This document shows positions 30,347 through 40,678 of a stretch of 64,000 nucleotides of DNA, piece by piece. Below the pieces are notes generated by a model. It saw nothing but the letters and a program-made list of their open reading frames with translations, did no database searches and was not told the origin of the DNA. Both the position numbers and the translations under genes were made by a program. Each line of letters starts with the position of its first letter. Positions within the stretch are counted from its first letter, which is position 1. The stretch comes from Acidimicrobiia bacterium (lineage in GTDB: Bacteria > Actinomycetota > Acidimicrobiia > Spongiisociales > ZC4RG35), in NCBI GenBank assembly GCA_035512955.1, contig DATKCZ010000005.1, positions 64,879 through 128,878 of the forward strand, read 5' to 3'.

Positions 30347-31689
30347 GTCTGTGGGGCGGGCGTTTCGATGCCCCGATGTCCGACATCACCCGCTCCTATA
30401 CCGCTGATCACTCCGACCGGCGCCTCCTCGAGGTAGACGTGCGCGGCTCCATCGCCCACGTCATCATGCTCGGGAAGACGGGGATCATCGACCCAGGGGA
30501 GGCGGAGACACTCGCCGGGGGTCTCCGGTCGATACTCGACGAGGTGGATCGATTCGAGTTCCGTGACAGTGACGAGGACGTCCACACCGCAGTGGAGCGA
30601 CGGCTCGGTGAGCTGGTGGGGGAGGTCGCGGGGAGGCTGCACACCGGGCGGTCCCGCAACGACCAGGTGGCTCTCGATCTCCGCCTGTACCTCGTGGAGA
30701 CGGCTGCTCAACGGATCGCCCAGCTGCACCAGCTGGCCACCACCCTGGCCGATCTGGCCGAGCGCCACGCCGAGACCGTCATCCCCGCCTACACCCATCT
30801 CCAGCAGGCCCAGACCACGACCCTGGGGAATCATCTGCTCGCCTATGCCTGGATGATGATGAGGAGTGCCGACCGTTTCGTCGATCTCGGTGCCCGGGTC
30901 GGTGTCTCCCCGCTCGGGGCCGGCGCAGCGGCGGGCTCGTCACTCCCCATAGACCGTCTGATGACCGCCGAGACCCTGGGCCTCGCGGTCATGCCCAACT
31001 CGATGGACGCGGTCGCCTCGAGGGACTTCGTCTCGGAGTATGTCTTCTGCTGCGCCCAGGCCATGATCGAGTTGTCCCGTCTCGGGGAGGAGGTGGTCCT
31101 GTGGAGCTCGAAGGAGTTCGGCTGGGCGCGACTCTCCGACGAGGTGAGCACCGGATCCTCCGCCCTGCCCCACAAGCGGAACCCTGACGTGGCGGAGTTG
31201 CTGCGAGGCCGGTCTGCGGGGGTGGTGGGAGACCTCACCTCGATCCTCGCCCTGCAGAAGGGTCTGCCCCTCGCCTACAACCGCGATCTCCAGGAGGACA
31301 AGCGGATCGTCTTCCACGCCGACGACACCCTGGGGGCCTCCCTCGACGCCACCGTCGCCCTGATCCAGGGGATCGAGCTCTCCCCACCCGTTCCCGGGGC
31401 GGAGACCACCATGCTCGACCTCGCCGAGGCTCTGGTCGGCCGGGGGGTGCCCTTCCGGGAGGCACATCAGATCGTGGGGCGGGTGGTGAGGGGCGTCGAG
31501 GATGAGGGCCGATCACTCGAAGAGGTGAATGTCGAAGACCTGGTGGCGATCGACTCCCGATTCGTCTCCGACGACCTGATGCTCCTCGACCCCGCCTCCT
31601 CGGTGGAGAGACGTCTCAGCGAGGGCGCGGGAAGCCCCCGGTCGGTGCGCGATCAGGTCAGTGAGATTCGGAGGATCCTCGGCCGCTGA
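30343..31689 (+). CDS. argH: Argininosuccinate lyase
   Basis: 448 aa. LWGGRF N-terminus and the fumarate-lyase signature [11 protein letters not shown]. Confidence 0.97.
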   Translation: MSLWGGRFDAPMSDITRSYTADHSDRRLLEVDVRGSIAHVIMLGKTGIIDPGEAETLAGGLRSILDEVDRFEFRDSDEDVHTAVERRLGELVGEVAGRLHTGRSRNDQVALDLRLYLVETAAQRIAQLHQLATTLADLAERHAETVIPAYTHLQQAQTTTLGNHLLAYAWMMMRSADRFVDLGARVGVSPLGAGAAAGSSLPIDRLMTAETLGLAVMPNSMDAVASRDFVSEYVFCCAQAMIELSRLGEEVVLWSSKEFGWARLSDEVSTGSSALPHKRNPDVAELLRGRSAGVVGDLTSILALQKGLPLAYNRDLQEDKRIVFHADDTLGASLDATVALIQGIELSPPVPGAETTMLDLAEALVGRGVPFREAHQIVGRVVRGVEDEGRSLEEVNVEDLVAIDSRFVSDDLMLLDPASSVERRLSEGAGSPRSVRDQVSEIRRILGR

Positions 31690-31722
31690 GCTCGCCGGAT
31701 GATCGGGCCGACCCGGGGTCGG

Positions 31723-32751
31723 TCATCCACCGTTCTGTGACTCGGCTCCGACCGTCCAGGTCCCGTGGGAGCGGATCAGGGCGTTGATGTCCCCCTCTCC
31801 GAACTTCTCCTTGGCCGCAGCCAACTGGAGATTGACCTCGTGGTCGTACACGGGGCGCTTCACGTCGCGGAAGATCCCGAGTGGCGTCGGCCCGTAAGGG
31901 CCGTGGGAGAGACGACTGATGGCAAATGCGATGGAGGGATCCTCCCGGGTCTCATCGTGGATCAAGATCGCCTTGGGGTCGACCGAGGACGAGTCCACGA
32001 TCTCGGTCTGGCCACCCCGCATCACCACGGCCTTGCCCCCCTCGTCGAAGACGATGGGCTTGCCGTGCTCGAGGTCGATGCGGTTGTGCACCCGCTCCTC
32101 TTTCCCGGTGAGCTGGATGAAGGCCTTGTCGTTGAACACGTTGCAGTTCTGGTAGACCTCGATGAAGGCGGCGCCCTCGTGCTCGTAGGCCTTCTGCAGG
32201 ATCTCCTGGGTGTGGCCGCGATCCATGTCGAGGGTTCTCGCCACGAAGGTCGCCTCCGCGCCCAGGGCCAGCGAGACCGGGTTGAACGGGTAGTCGACCG
32301 AGCCGAACGGTGAGGATTTCGTCGACTTGCCCACCTCTGAGGTGGGGGAGTACTGACCTTTGGTCAGACCGTAGATCTGGTTGTTGAACATGATGATCTT
32401 CAGGTTCACGTTGCGACGCAGCACATGGATCAGATGGTTGCCCCCAATGGAGAGGCCGTCTCCGTCACCGGTGATGACCCAGGTGGAGAGATCGGGACGG
32501 GTGGTGGCGATGCCGGTGGCGATGGCCGGGGCCCGTCCGTGGATCGAGTGCATCCCATAGGTGTTGACGTAGTAGGGGAAGCGGGAGGCGCAACCGATCC
32601 CGGAGACGAACACGAACTCCTCGCGAGGACGGCCCAGACCGGCGAGGAACATCTGCACCGACGCCAGGATGGTGTAGTCACCGCAACCGGGGCACCACCG
32701 GACCTCCTGGTCGGTCTGAAAGTCGGCTCTGGTGTAGGAAGGCGCAGTCAT
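31723..32751 (-). CDS. korB: 2-oxoglutarate:ferredoxin oxidoreductase beta subunit
   Basis: 342 aa. WCPGCGDY, the TPP-binding block GDGD...GGNH, and a 4-bp overlap with korA. Confidence 0.9.
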   Translation of the reverse strand: MTAPSYTRADFQTDQEVRWCPGCGDYTILASVQMFLAGLGRPREEFVFVSGIGCASRFPYYVNTYGMHSIHGRAPAIATGIATTRPDLSTWVITGDGDGLSIGGNHLIHVLRRNVNLKIIMFNNQIYGLTKGQYSPTSEVGKSTKSSPFGSVDYPFNPVSLALGAEATFVARTLDMDRGHTQEILQKAYEHEGAAFIEVYQNCNVFNDKAFIQLTGKEERVHNRIDLEHGKPIVFDEGGKAVVMRGGQTEIVDSSSVDPKAILIHDETREDPSIAFAISRLSHGPYGPTPLGIFRDVKRPVYDHEVNLQLAAAKEKFGEGDINALIRSHGTWTVGAESQNGG

Positions 32752-34619
32752 TCGACCATCTCCAGGATCTTCTCGGTGATCTCGGTGACCTTGAACGGCT
32801 CCCCTGCCACCTTGTTGAGGCCCACCGCGTCGAGCAGGTACTCGGCCCTGATCACCTTGAGCAGTTGACCGGTGTTGAGCTCGGGGATGAGGATCTTCTC
32901 ATATGAGCGGAGGACGTCGCCCAGATTATTGGGAAGGGGGTTCAGATAGCGGAGGTGGGCGGTGGCCACCTCGTGGCCCTCGAGCCTGGCCTGTCTCGCC
33001 GCCGCCCGGATCGAGCCGAACGTCGAGCCCCAGCCCAGGATCAGGATCTTGGCGCCCTGGTCACCGTCGACCTCCACGACGGGGATGTCATTGGCGATAT
33101 TGGCCACCTTCCAGGCACGGGTGTCGGTCATGAGCTGGTGGTTGGCCGGGTCGTATGAGACATTTCCGGTCACCGACTCCTTTTCGAGCCCTCCGACGCG
33201 GTGCTCGAGACCGGGGGTGCCCGGCACCGCCCAAGGGCGGGCGAAGGTGTCGATGTTGCGGATGTAGGGGAGGAAGGTCCCGTCGGGGCCGTTGGGCTTG
33301 GTGGCGAACTCGACCTCGATGTTGGGGATCGCCTCCACGTCGGGGAGCAGCCACGGTTCGGAGCCGTTGGCGATCTGGTTGTCGCTCATCAGTATCACCG
33401 GGGTCATGTAGGTGATGGCGATGCGGGCGGCCTCGATCGCCATGGCGAAGGCGTCGGAGGGTGAGGCGATGGCCAGCACCGGGACGGGTGACTCGCCGTG
33501 TCTTCCGTACAGGGAGAACAGGAGATCGGACTGCTCGGGCTTGGTGGGCAGACCGGTGGAGGGCCCGCCCCGCTGGACGTTGAGCACGATCATGGGCAGC
33601 TCGAGCATGAAGCACAGAGAAATCGTCTCCGACTTGAGGGCGATACCCGGCCCGGACGACCCGGTGACGGCGAGGTTTCCGGCGAAAGCCGCCCCGACCG
33701 CGCTGCCCACTCCGGCGATCTCATCCTCGGCTTGGAACGTGCGGACCTCGAAGTTCTTGTGCCTGGAGAGCTCGTGGAGCACGTCCGACGCCGGGGTGAT
33801 CGGGTAGCTCCCGTAGAACAGGGGCAGACCCGACTTCTGCGAGGCGGTGATCAGCCCCCAGGCGAGCGCAGTGTTCCCGTTCACGTTGGTGTACGTGCCT
33901 TCGGGGAGGGCGGCGGGCTTGACCTCGAAGGTGTTCTTGGTGGCCTCGGTGGCGACACCGAAGGTGTATCCGGCCTGGAAGGCCGTCTTGTTGGCGGCGG
34001 CCACCTCGGGGAGTTTGGCGAACTTCTTCTCCACCCATTCGATGGTCGGCTTGGTGGGGCGATGGAACAGCCAGGCCATGAGACCGAGGGCGAAGAAGTT
34101 CTTGGAGCGCAACACGTTGCGCCCGGTGACCCCGGTGTCCTTGACGGCTTCTTTGGTCAGCTCGTCCATGGGGACCTTGATCACCCGGTATCCCTGGAGA
34201 GTGTCGTCCTCGAGGGGGTTCGACTCGTAGCCGGCCTTGGTGAGGTTGCGCTCGTCGAAGGTGTCGGTGTTGACGATCAGGGTCCCACCCTGGCGAAGGT
34301 CCTTGAGGTTCTTCATCAGCGCCGCGGGATTCATGGCGACCAGGCAGTCGGGTGCGTCCCCGGCGGTGAGGATGTCGAAGTCGGCGATCTGCACCTGGAA
34401 GCTGGAGACACCGGGCAGGGTGCCGGCGGGAGCCCGAATCTCGGCGGGGAAGCTGGGAAGGGTGGCCAGGTCGTTCCCGAACAGAGCCGAGGCGTCGGTG
34501 AACCGGCTGCCGGCCAGTTGCATGCCGTCACCGGAGTCGCCGGCGAAGCGGATTACCAGTTTGTCGAGCTCCTCGGTCGGAGTCGTCGAGGGATCTGTGG
34601 TGGCGATGTCATCGGCCAC
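32748..34619 (-). CDS. korA: 2-oxoglutarate:ferredoxin oxidoreductase alpha subunit
   Basis: 623 aa. Fused gamma/alpha-type architecture (IRFAGDSGDGMQLAG...YPITPASD). Confidence 0.9.
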   Translation of the reverse strand: MADDIATTDPSTTPTEELDKLVIRFAGDSGDGMQLAGSRFTDASALFGNDLATLPSFPAEIRAPAGTLPGVSSFQVQIADFDILTAGDAPDCLVAMNPAALMKNLKDLRQGGTLIVNTDTFDERNLTKAGYESNPLEDDTLQGYRVIKVPMDELTKEAVKDTGVTGRNVLRSKNFFALGLMAWLFHRPTKPTIEWVEKKFAKLPEVAAANKTAFQAGYTFGVATEATKNTFEVKPAALPEGTYTNVNGNTALAWGLITASQKSGLPLFYGSYPITPASDVLHELSRHKNFEVRTFQAEDEIAGVGSAVGAAFAGNLAVTGSSGPGIALKSETISLCFMLELPMIVLNVQRGGPSTGLPTKPEQSDLLFSLYGRHGESPVPVLAIASPSDAFAMAIEAARIAITYMTPVILMSDNQIANGSEPWLLPDVEAIPNIEVEFATKPNGPDGTFLPYIRNIDTFARPWAVPGTPGLEHRVGGLEKESVTGNVSYDPANHQLMTDTRAWKVANIANDIPVVEVDGDQGAKILILGWGSTFGSIRAAARQARLEGHEVATAHLRYLNPLPNNLGDVLRSYEKILIPELNTGQLLKVIRAEYLLDAVGLNKVAGEPFKVTEITEKILEMVE

Positions 34620-34708
34620 TTTGATTCACTTCCTTGGGTGTGCGGCGCGACAGCGATACCGACTGACATCGGTGGCTGACCGCCCGTAGTTGTCGTGCAT
34701 GTCCAAGT

Positions 34709-36016
34709 CTATTCGCCATCCGGGTTAGTTGAAGTCGCGGGTGCGGGGGTGAAACCGGCCACGCCTGCCTCCTCGAGCCATCGCCCCAAGCCGATGAGGG
34801 CGGTGTCGGATTGGAGGCCCCCGATGACCTGCAGCGACACCGGGGGCGCCCCGGAATTGGCCATGGGGAGGGCGAGCGCCGGGTGCAATGCGTGGTTGAC
34901 GATCGAGGTGAAATAGGAGAGGACCGCCCGATGGCTCTTCTCGCCGATGTTCTCCTGGCCGATGATCTTGTATGGGGCGGGAGTGGTCGGTGTGAGCAGG
35001 AAGTCGACCGTGGCCAGAGCGTCGGCGAAACGCTCGCGGATCATCCTCTGCCACTCACGGGCCTCCGCCACCTCCTCGGGGGTGACGTTCTCCACGGCGA
35101 TGATCCGGGCCTCGACCGCGGCGTCGTAGTGCTTGCCTTGGAGACGAAAGTCACGGTGCACCGCGCTCACCTCTTCGAGTGCCGCGATGAGGTGACGGCT
35201 CGGCTTGGCATCCGGCATCTGGATCGGGTGCACCTCATGACCCATCTCACGGAGGGCGACGATGCAGCCCTCGAAGACGCCGCGGATCCCCTCGTCGATG
35301 ACGGTGTCGCCGTACCACGGCTCAGGTACGCCAAACCGCCGCCGGGCGCGCTCGGGCTCGGGTGCCTCGTCGCCGGACATGGCCCGGTAGGCCAGGTCGA
35401 TGTTGTCCATCGAGTCGGCCAGGGGCCCGACGGTGTCGATCGAGGGCACCAGGGGGAATACACCTTGGAGGGGAATCCGCCCATAGGTGACTTTGAGCCC
35501 GAAGATGCCACAGAGGGCCGCGGGGACCCTGACCGAGCCCCCGGTGTCGGTCCCGATACTGATCGGGGTGATACCGGCCGCCACCGCCGCAGCCGACCCG
35601 CCCGAGGAGCCCCCGGCCGAGGTCTTGAGGTCCCAAGGGTTGCGAACCGGCCCCCAATGAGCATTCTCCGAGTTGAAGCCGAACGCCCACTCGTGGAGAT
35701 TGGTACGTCCGATGACGACGGCCCCGGACTCTTCGAGCCGGGCCACGCTCGGAGCTGTGCTCGACGCCACCTCGGCATAGAACGAGGACCCACCTGTGGT
35801 CACTCGTCCCTCATGATCGATCAGGTCCTTCAGGCCGACGGGGACACCGGCGAGGGGACCGACAGCTTCTCCCTTGGCCAAACGGGAGTCGATCTCCGCG
35901 GCGCTTCCGAGCGCTCGTTCGTCATCGAGAGAGATGAAGGCGTTGATGGTGTCCTGGGTGGAATGGGCGAGGTCGAGGGCTCGCTGCACCCTGGCGACGG
36001 CGGATTGCCCAGACAC
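34709..36016 (-). CDS. Amidase (amidase-signature family)
   Basis: 435 aa. AS signature GGSSGGSAAAVAAG and a catalytic Ser-cisSer-Lys context. Confidence 0.85.
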   Translation of the reverse strand: MSGQSAVARVQRALDLAHSTQDTINAFISLDDERALGSAAEIDSRLAKGEAVGPLAGVPVGLKDLIDHEGRVTTGGSSFYAEVASSTAPSVARLEESGAVVIGRTNLHEWAFGFNSENAHWGPVRNPWDLKTSAGGSSGGSAAAVAAGITPISIGTDTGGSVRVPAALCGIFGLKVTYGRIPLQGVFPLVPSIDTVGPLADSMDNIDLAYRAMSGDEAPEPERARRRFGVPEPWYGDTVIDEGIRGVFEGCIVALREMGHEVHPIQMPDAKPSRHLIAALEEVSAVHRDFRLQGKHYDAAVEARIIAVENVTPEEVAEAREWQRMIRERFADALATVDFLLTPTTPAPYKIIGQENIGEKSHRAVLSYFTSIVNHALHPALALPMANSGAPPVSLQVIGGLQSDTALIGLGRWLEEAGVAGFTPAPATSTNPDGE

Positions 36017-36043
36017 GAGACGAGAAGCTAGCCGAGCGGGAAG

Positions 36044-37108
36044 CTACTCGCTGATGGTCAGCCCGGAGCTCGCCGGGACCAGTGACACCCATGACTTGCC
36101 GGGGGGCACCATGATCACCTCACCGTTGCCGTCGGTCAGGTGGAACCACTCGGTCTCGGTCTCCCGCTCCCAGGTGCCCTCGGTGACCTTGCCTTCGGCA
36201 AACACGTATGCCTTGCCCGAGCCGGTAGTGCGTGAGCTGGGGAGATTGGTCCCCGACTGGCCACTGGGAGGGCTGGCGGTGTATCGCTCGGTGTACAGGG
36301 CGATCAGCACCGGAACGCCGATACGCCCTTCGCTGCTTTCCTCGTCGCGGTGCATGGCATCGGATCCGTATGCGGTGCGCAGCCAGAGACCCTGGGCCTC
36401 GTCCCATGTCCAAACCACGATGTTCCCCGAGAAGTCGATGGTCACCGATGAGGCGGTGACGGCCAGGTCCGACATCGGGCCGAACGACCACAACGGCGCA
36501 TCAGGCGGCTCGTTGGCGTACTCCCGGGCATCGGCGGTCTCGCGGAGGGCGAAGGTGTCGACATAGAGATTGTGAGGCGCCCTCCGACCGGAGATGCGGA
36601 AGGTGCCCTCCGAGAGCTCCTTGATCAGGTTGATGTCCTTGCCGCGGATCACGTTCTGCACCCAGGCTTGTGCTCCGGAGATGGTGAAGGTCGGCTCGTT
36701 GAGGGCGGCGAGAAGAGAGGCGTCGGTGGGCCGGCCCGACCTATTCGGTCCCAGGTAGTCGACATCGCTCTCATGCCAAAGGGTGATGAAGCGGGTGACG
36801 CCCTCGACGATCATCTCGATGACCATGTCGGCCTGGTCGATCCCGGATTGGGGGATGGCCTGGGGGTGGTTGTCGATCTTCACCGCGAGGACACGGCGGT
36901 CCAGAAGGGCCGGGTCATCGACGGGGAGGCCGTTGATCAGCGAGTTCTCACCCTGATCAAGTGTCGTCGTCGAGGTCGTGCTGGTCGAGGAGGTGGTGGT
37001 CGGAGCAGGATTCGTTGTCGTTGTGGAATCGAGCGGCTCGGTTGCGGCGACGCTGCAAGCAGACAACACCAAACCGAGTGCGACCAACCTGGCGATTGTG
37101 GTCCGCAT
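36044..37108 (-). CDS. DUF3048-like lipoprotein
   Basis: 354 aa. Lipobox LVLSAC, a T/S-rich linker, and AVKIDNHPQAIPQSGIDQADMVIEMIVEGVTRF resembling the YerB/DUF3048 family. Confidence 0.55.
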   Translation of the reverse strand: MRTTIARLVALGLVLSACSVAATEPLDSTTTTNPAPTTTSSTSTTSTTTLDQGENSLINGLPVDDPALLDRRVLAVKIDNHPQAIPQSGIDQADMVIEMIVEGVTRFITLWHESDVDYLGPNRSGRPTDASLLAALNEPTFTISGAQAWVQNVIRGKDINLIKELSEGTFRISGRRAPHNLYVDTFALRETADAREYANEPPDAPLWSFGPMSDLAVTASSVTIDFSGNIVVWTWDEAQGLWLRTAYGSDAMHRDEESSEGRIGVPVLIALYTERYTASPPSGQSGTNLPSSRTTGSGKAYVFAEGKVTEGTWERETETEWFHLTDGNGEVIMVPPGKSWVSLVPASSGLTISE

Positions 37109-37146
37109 CGTGACGAGTGTACGAACCGGGACCCGATTAACTGGAA

Positions 37147-37548
37147 TTACTCGGTGAGAACCCCGCCGAGGACGTCGAGATGGGGGAGGGCCGTCTCCGG
37201 CTGGTCCACCGAGATGGCGAACTCCACACCGTCGGAGTTCGCCCGGAGAACATAGATGGCGTCGATGTTGACACCGATGTCGGCGATGAGACGGGTAAGA
37301 CGCGCCAGCTCGCCGGGTCGGTGGGGGAGGAGCACGGTGAGCACGGTGTTCTCGTGGTGCTGCAGCGCCGCCTCGTCGAGGACACGGCGGGTGGTGGCGG
37401 CGTCGCTGGTTATCAGCCTCACCGTCCCGTCACCATCGTGCCCGTAGGCGGTGAGTGCCTCGATGTTGACCCCGAACGCGGCGAGAGCCTCGGTGAGCGC
37501 GGCCAGACGGCCCGGGCGGTTCTCCATGTTCACGATGAATTCGGTCAT
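37147..37548 (-). CDS. Tandem ACT-domain protein
   Basis: The start was chosen at MTEFIVNMENRPGRLAALTEAL to avoid overlap with the upstream gene. A second ACT-like repeat is LTVLLPHRPGELARLTRLIAD. Confidence 0.65.
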   Translation of the reverse strand: MTEFIVNMENRPGRLAALTEALAAFGVNIEALTAYGHDGDGTVRLITSDAATTRRVLDEAALQHHENTVLTVLLPHRPGELARLTRLIADIGVNIDAIYVLRANSDGVEFAISVDQPETALPHLDVLGGVLTE

Positions 37549-37561
37549 GGCCCCGACGACT

Positions 37562-38491
37562 CTACGCGTCGGCGTCAGGGTGGTGTGCCAGTGTTGGGTC
37601 GGGAGGCTCGACACGTCCTCGCTCAGACAGGTAGGCATGCCATATCAGCCGGGCCGCGGCCGCTCGCACCGGGCGCCACGGCTCGCCGATTATCTCGAGC
37701 TGCGCCTCGTTGGGCGTCTCGGTCATCCCGAGGGCGGCCCCCGCCCCGACCTGCAGCGCCCGGTCGCCGACCGGCCACATGTCGGGGCGTCGCAGAGCCG
37801 AGAGCAGGTAGGCGTCGGCGGTCCACGGACCGATCCCCTTGATCGAGATCAAGGTGTCCCTGGCCCTCTCCATCGGGTCGGTCTCGAGTGATTCGAGGTC
37901 TATCTCACCCGTCGCGATCCGACCAGCCAGCTCGAGGAGGTAAACGGTCTTCTGCCTGGTGACACCGATGGCGCGCAGTCTGTCGGGCCCGGCGGCGATG
38001 AGCCATCGGGGTGACACCTCCCCGAGGAGACCGACGAGACGCCGATACATGGCGGCGCCGGACTCAAGGGAGACCTGCTGCTCCAGGATCAACAGGACCA
38101 GAGTCCGAAACCCGGGCTGCCGGTGCCAGAAGTCGGGGATCCCCCATCGGTCGACCAGACGTGCGATGTGCTCGTCCTCGGCGGCGAGGAGCCCGGTGGC
38201 CGCGGCAAAGGTCTCCGCGTCGAGATGGCTGACCACCGGCATCATCTGCTCCGTCGGGATGCGGCCCAGGGTGCGGGAGTCGGTGTCACCCACCTCGGGG
38301 TTGTCCGACACCACCCAGCCGGTCTCGTCCCCCAGACGCTTGATCAGCCAGAACCCGGGGCGGGCGGGGTGCTCGAACACGACGAGGTTTCCGGGGATGG
38401 GGCGGCGGGTATTGACCGCGACGACCTCCTGGCCGGGCTGGAGTGTGGGTGTCATCGAATGTCCAGCCACCCGAAAGCGCTTCATCTTCAT
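37562..38491 (-). CDS. Fusion: S26-type (SodX-like NiSOD maturation) peptidase + HhH-GPD DNA-3-methyladenine glycosylase II (AlkA-like)
   Basis: The start was chosen at MKMKRFRVAGHSMTPTL, which contains the S26 Ser motif GHSMxPTL; the Lys motif is LIKRL. The C-terminal ~200 aa carry LILEQQVS...IKGIGPWTADAYLL...WPVGD. The gene is divergent from sodN. Confidence 0.75.
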   Translation of the reverse strand: MKMKRFRVAGHSMTPTLQPGQEVVAVNTRRPIPGNLVVFEHPARPGFWLIKRLGDETGWVVSDNPEVGDTDSRTLGRIPTEQMMPVVSHLDAETFAAATGLLAAEDEHIARLVDRWGIPDFWHRQPGFRTLVLLILEQQVSLESGAAMYRRLVGLLGEVSPRWLIAAGPDRLRAIGVTRQKTVYLLELAGRIATGEIDLESLETDPMERARDTLISIKGIGPWTADAYLLSALRRPDMWPVGDRALQVGAGAALGMTETPNEAQLEIIGEPWRPVRAAAARLIWHAYLSERGRVEPPDPTLAHHPDADA

Positions 38492-38541
38492 GGGTGGCCC
38501 GGGAGTATGGTCGGACGCGAAGAGACCAAGAGAGGAGTCAT

Positions 38542-38949
38542 ATGCGACAGATAACCGAGGCACACGCCCATTGCGACCTCTACTGCGGCGTCTACGACCC
38601 CGCCCAGGCCAAGATCGAGGCGCTGTCGGTGCTGAAGATCGCCGAGAAGTACCAGGGTTCGGATGACGAGGTGTTCCGTGCCCGTTGCGTTCTCCTCAAG
38701 GAGGAGCGGGCCGAGTTGGTCAAGCACCACCTGATGGTGTTGTGGGCCGACTTCTTCAGCGCCGATCACCGCAAAGAGTTCTCCAACCTCGACGACCTGT
38801 TCTGGCGGGCCATCCACCAGGCCGGTGAGGCCAAGAAGTCGGCCGACCCTGCCGAGGGCCAGAAGCTGATCGATCTCATCGACGAGATCGCCGACATTTT
38901 CTGGCAGACCGCCAAGGCCAAGGAGATGGGGGTCTACCCACCCTCGTAG
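38542..38949 (+). CDS. sodN: Nickel superoxide dismutase precursor
   Basis: 135 aa. The RBS GAGGAG precedes the start. A 9-aa propeptide MRQITEAHA is followed by the Ni-hook HCDLYCGVYDPAQAKIEA. Full-length NiSOD similarity. Confidence 0.9.
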   Translation: MRQITEAHAHCDLYCGVYDPAQAKIEALSVLKIAEKYQGSDDEVFRARCVLLKEERAELVKHHLMVLWADFFSADHRKEFSNLDDLFWRAIHQAGEAKKSADPAEGQKLIDLIDEIADIFWQTAKAKEMGVYPPS

Positions 38950-38965
38950 TCGGAGCTCAGACGTC

Positions 38966-40600
38966 TCAGTCGAGGGCGTCGTCGTCGAGCTTGGCGAACA
39001 CCGGGGCGATGTCACCGAGCTGGGTGCCTCCTCGGATCTCCGGAGCAGACCAGGCGAGCACTTCGGGGCCGACGCCCAGCATCTCGCCGATGACCACGCT
39101 GGCATGGGGTAGATAGGGGTAGAGGGCCACCCGCAGGGAGGCAATCGCCTGGACGGCCACCCAGAGGATGGTGGCCGCCCGCACCGGGTCTTCCTTGGAA
39201 GCCTTCCACGGCTCGGTGGCGTTCAGGTAGGCATTGACCTCGCCGGCGGCATCCATGGCGGTGCGTAATCCCGCCCGCAACTCCACCTTTTCTATGTGGT
39301 CTGCTACCGCGTCGAGGGTGCGCGCCCCGAGGTCGAGGATCCCCCGGTCGGCATCGATCAGCTCGCCCGGCTCGGGCACCTTGCCCCCGAAGTCGCGGGC
39401 GGTCATGGAGAGGACTCGGTTCACCAGGTTGCCCCAGGTGGCGACCAGCTCCTCGTTGACCCGGCGGATGATCTCGTCGTCGGAGAGGTCGGTGTCGTCT
39501 TGCTCGGGGAGTATCGAGGCGATGGCGTATCTGAGCGCGTCCGGCTCGAGCCGCTCGGTGTACCACCCGACCGATCGTCCGACCCCTTTCGACTTCGACG
39601 CCTTGGATCCCTTGAAGGTGATGAACTGGTTGGCGGGGATGTCAGTGGGCAGATTGAGGTCTCCCCGGCCCATGAGCATCGCCGGCCAGATCACGGCGTG
39701 GAAGGGGATGTTGTCCTTCCCGATGAAGTAGTACGACTCCGCCTCGGGGTCCTTCCACCATCGCTCCCATTGGTCGGGGTCGTCGGTGTATGACGCCCAC
39801 TCGATGGCTGCCGAGAGGTAGCCGATCACGGCGTCGAACCACACATAGATCTTCTTGCCCGGCCCCAGATCGTCGACGGGCACATCGACCCCCCAGTCGA
39901 TGTCACGGGTGATAGCGCGCCTCGGCACGTCCTCGATCATCCCGAGGGCCCAGTTCTTGACGTGTTTGCGCCAGGTTGTCTTACCTTCCAGCCATTCCCG
40001 CAGCCGATCGGCGAAGGCGGGCAGGTCGAGGAAGTAGTGCTCGGTTTCCCTGAGAACCGGGGTCGCACCGCTGAGCCGGGAGCGGGGCTTGATCAGGTCG
40101 CTCGGGTCGAGCGTTCGCCCGCAGTTGTCACACTGGTCTCCCCTGGCGTCCGGGTATCCACAGTGAGGGCACTCGCCTTCGACATAGCGATCGGGGAGGA
40201 AACGCTCCGCCTCGGGATCGTAGAACTGCTTCGAGGATCCCTTGACCAGGTAGCCGTTCTCGAGCAGTCGGATGAAGAAGTCCTGGGTCACCCGATGGTG
40301 GTTCTCGGTCATAGTGGTGGTGAAGAGGTCGAAACTGATTCCGAGCTGCTCCCAGTAGCCGACGTTCACCGGGTGATACGTGTCGACCACCTCGCGTGGC
40401 GTGATCCCCATCTCCTCGGCCTTCACCGTGATCGGAGTCCCGTTGGCATCCGAGCCCGAGACCATGAGAACGTCGTTGCCCACCAGACGGTGGTACCGGG
40501 CGAAGATGTCGGGTGGGAGGTAGGCGCCACCGAGCTGTCCCAAGTGCAGCGGGCCCGAGGCGTAGGGCCATGCGACGGCGACGAGGATGCGACGGGTCAT
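38966..40600 (-). CDS. metG: Methionine--tRNA ligase
   Basis: 544 aa. HIGH-type motif PLHLGQ, a Zn knuckle CPHCG...CDNCG, and a KMSKS-type motif KASKSKG. Confidence 0.95.
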   Translation of the reverse strand: MTRRILVAVAWPYASGPLHLGQLGGAYLPPDIFARYHRLVGNDVLMVSGSDANGTPITVKAEEMGITPREVVDTYHPVNVGYWEQLGISFDLFTTTMTENHHRVTQDFFIRLLENGYLVKGSSKQFYDPEAERFLPDRYVEGECPHCGYPDARGDQCDNCGRTLDPSDLIKPRSRLSGATPVLRETEHYFLDLPAFADRLREWLEGKTTWRKHVKNWALGMIEDVPRRAITRDIDWGVDVPVDDLGPGKKIYVWFDAVIGYLSAAIEWASYTDDPDQWERWWKDPEAESYYFIGKDNIPFHAVIWPAMLMGRGDLNLPTDIPANQFITFKGSKASKSKGVGRSVGWYTERLEPDALRYAIASILPEQDDTDLSDDEIIRRVNEELVATWGNLVNRVLSMTARDFGGKVPEPGELIDADRGILDLGARTLDAVADHIEKVELRAGLRTAMDAAGEVNAYLNATEPWKASKEDPVRAATILWVAVQAIASLRVALYPYLPHASVVIGEMLGVGPEVLAWSAPEIRGGTQLGDIAPVFAKLDDDALD

Positions 40601-40678
40601 TTGGTCAGGGAGCGTAACGGTGACCGGGCTCGAGGCCGATCCGGTTCGGCGTCACCACCGCCGCAATTGGCGGGAGTT

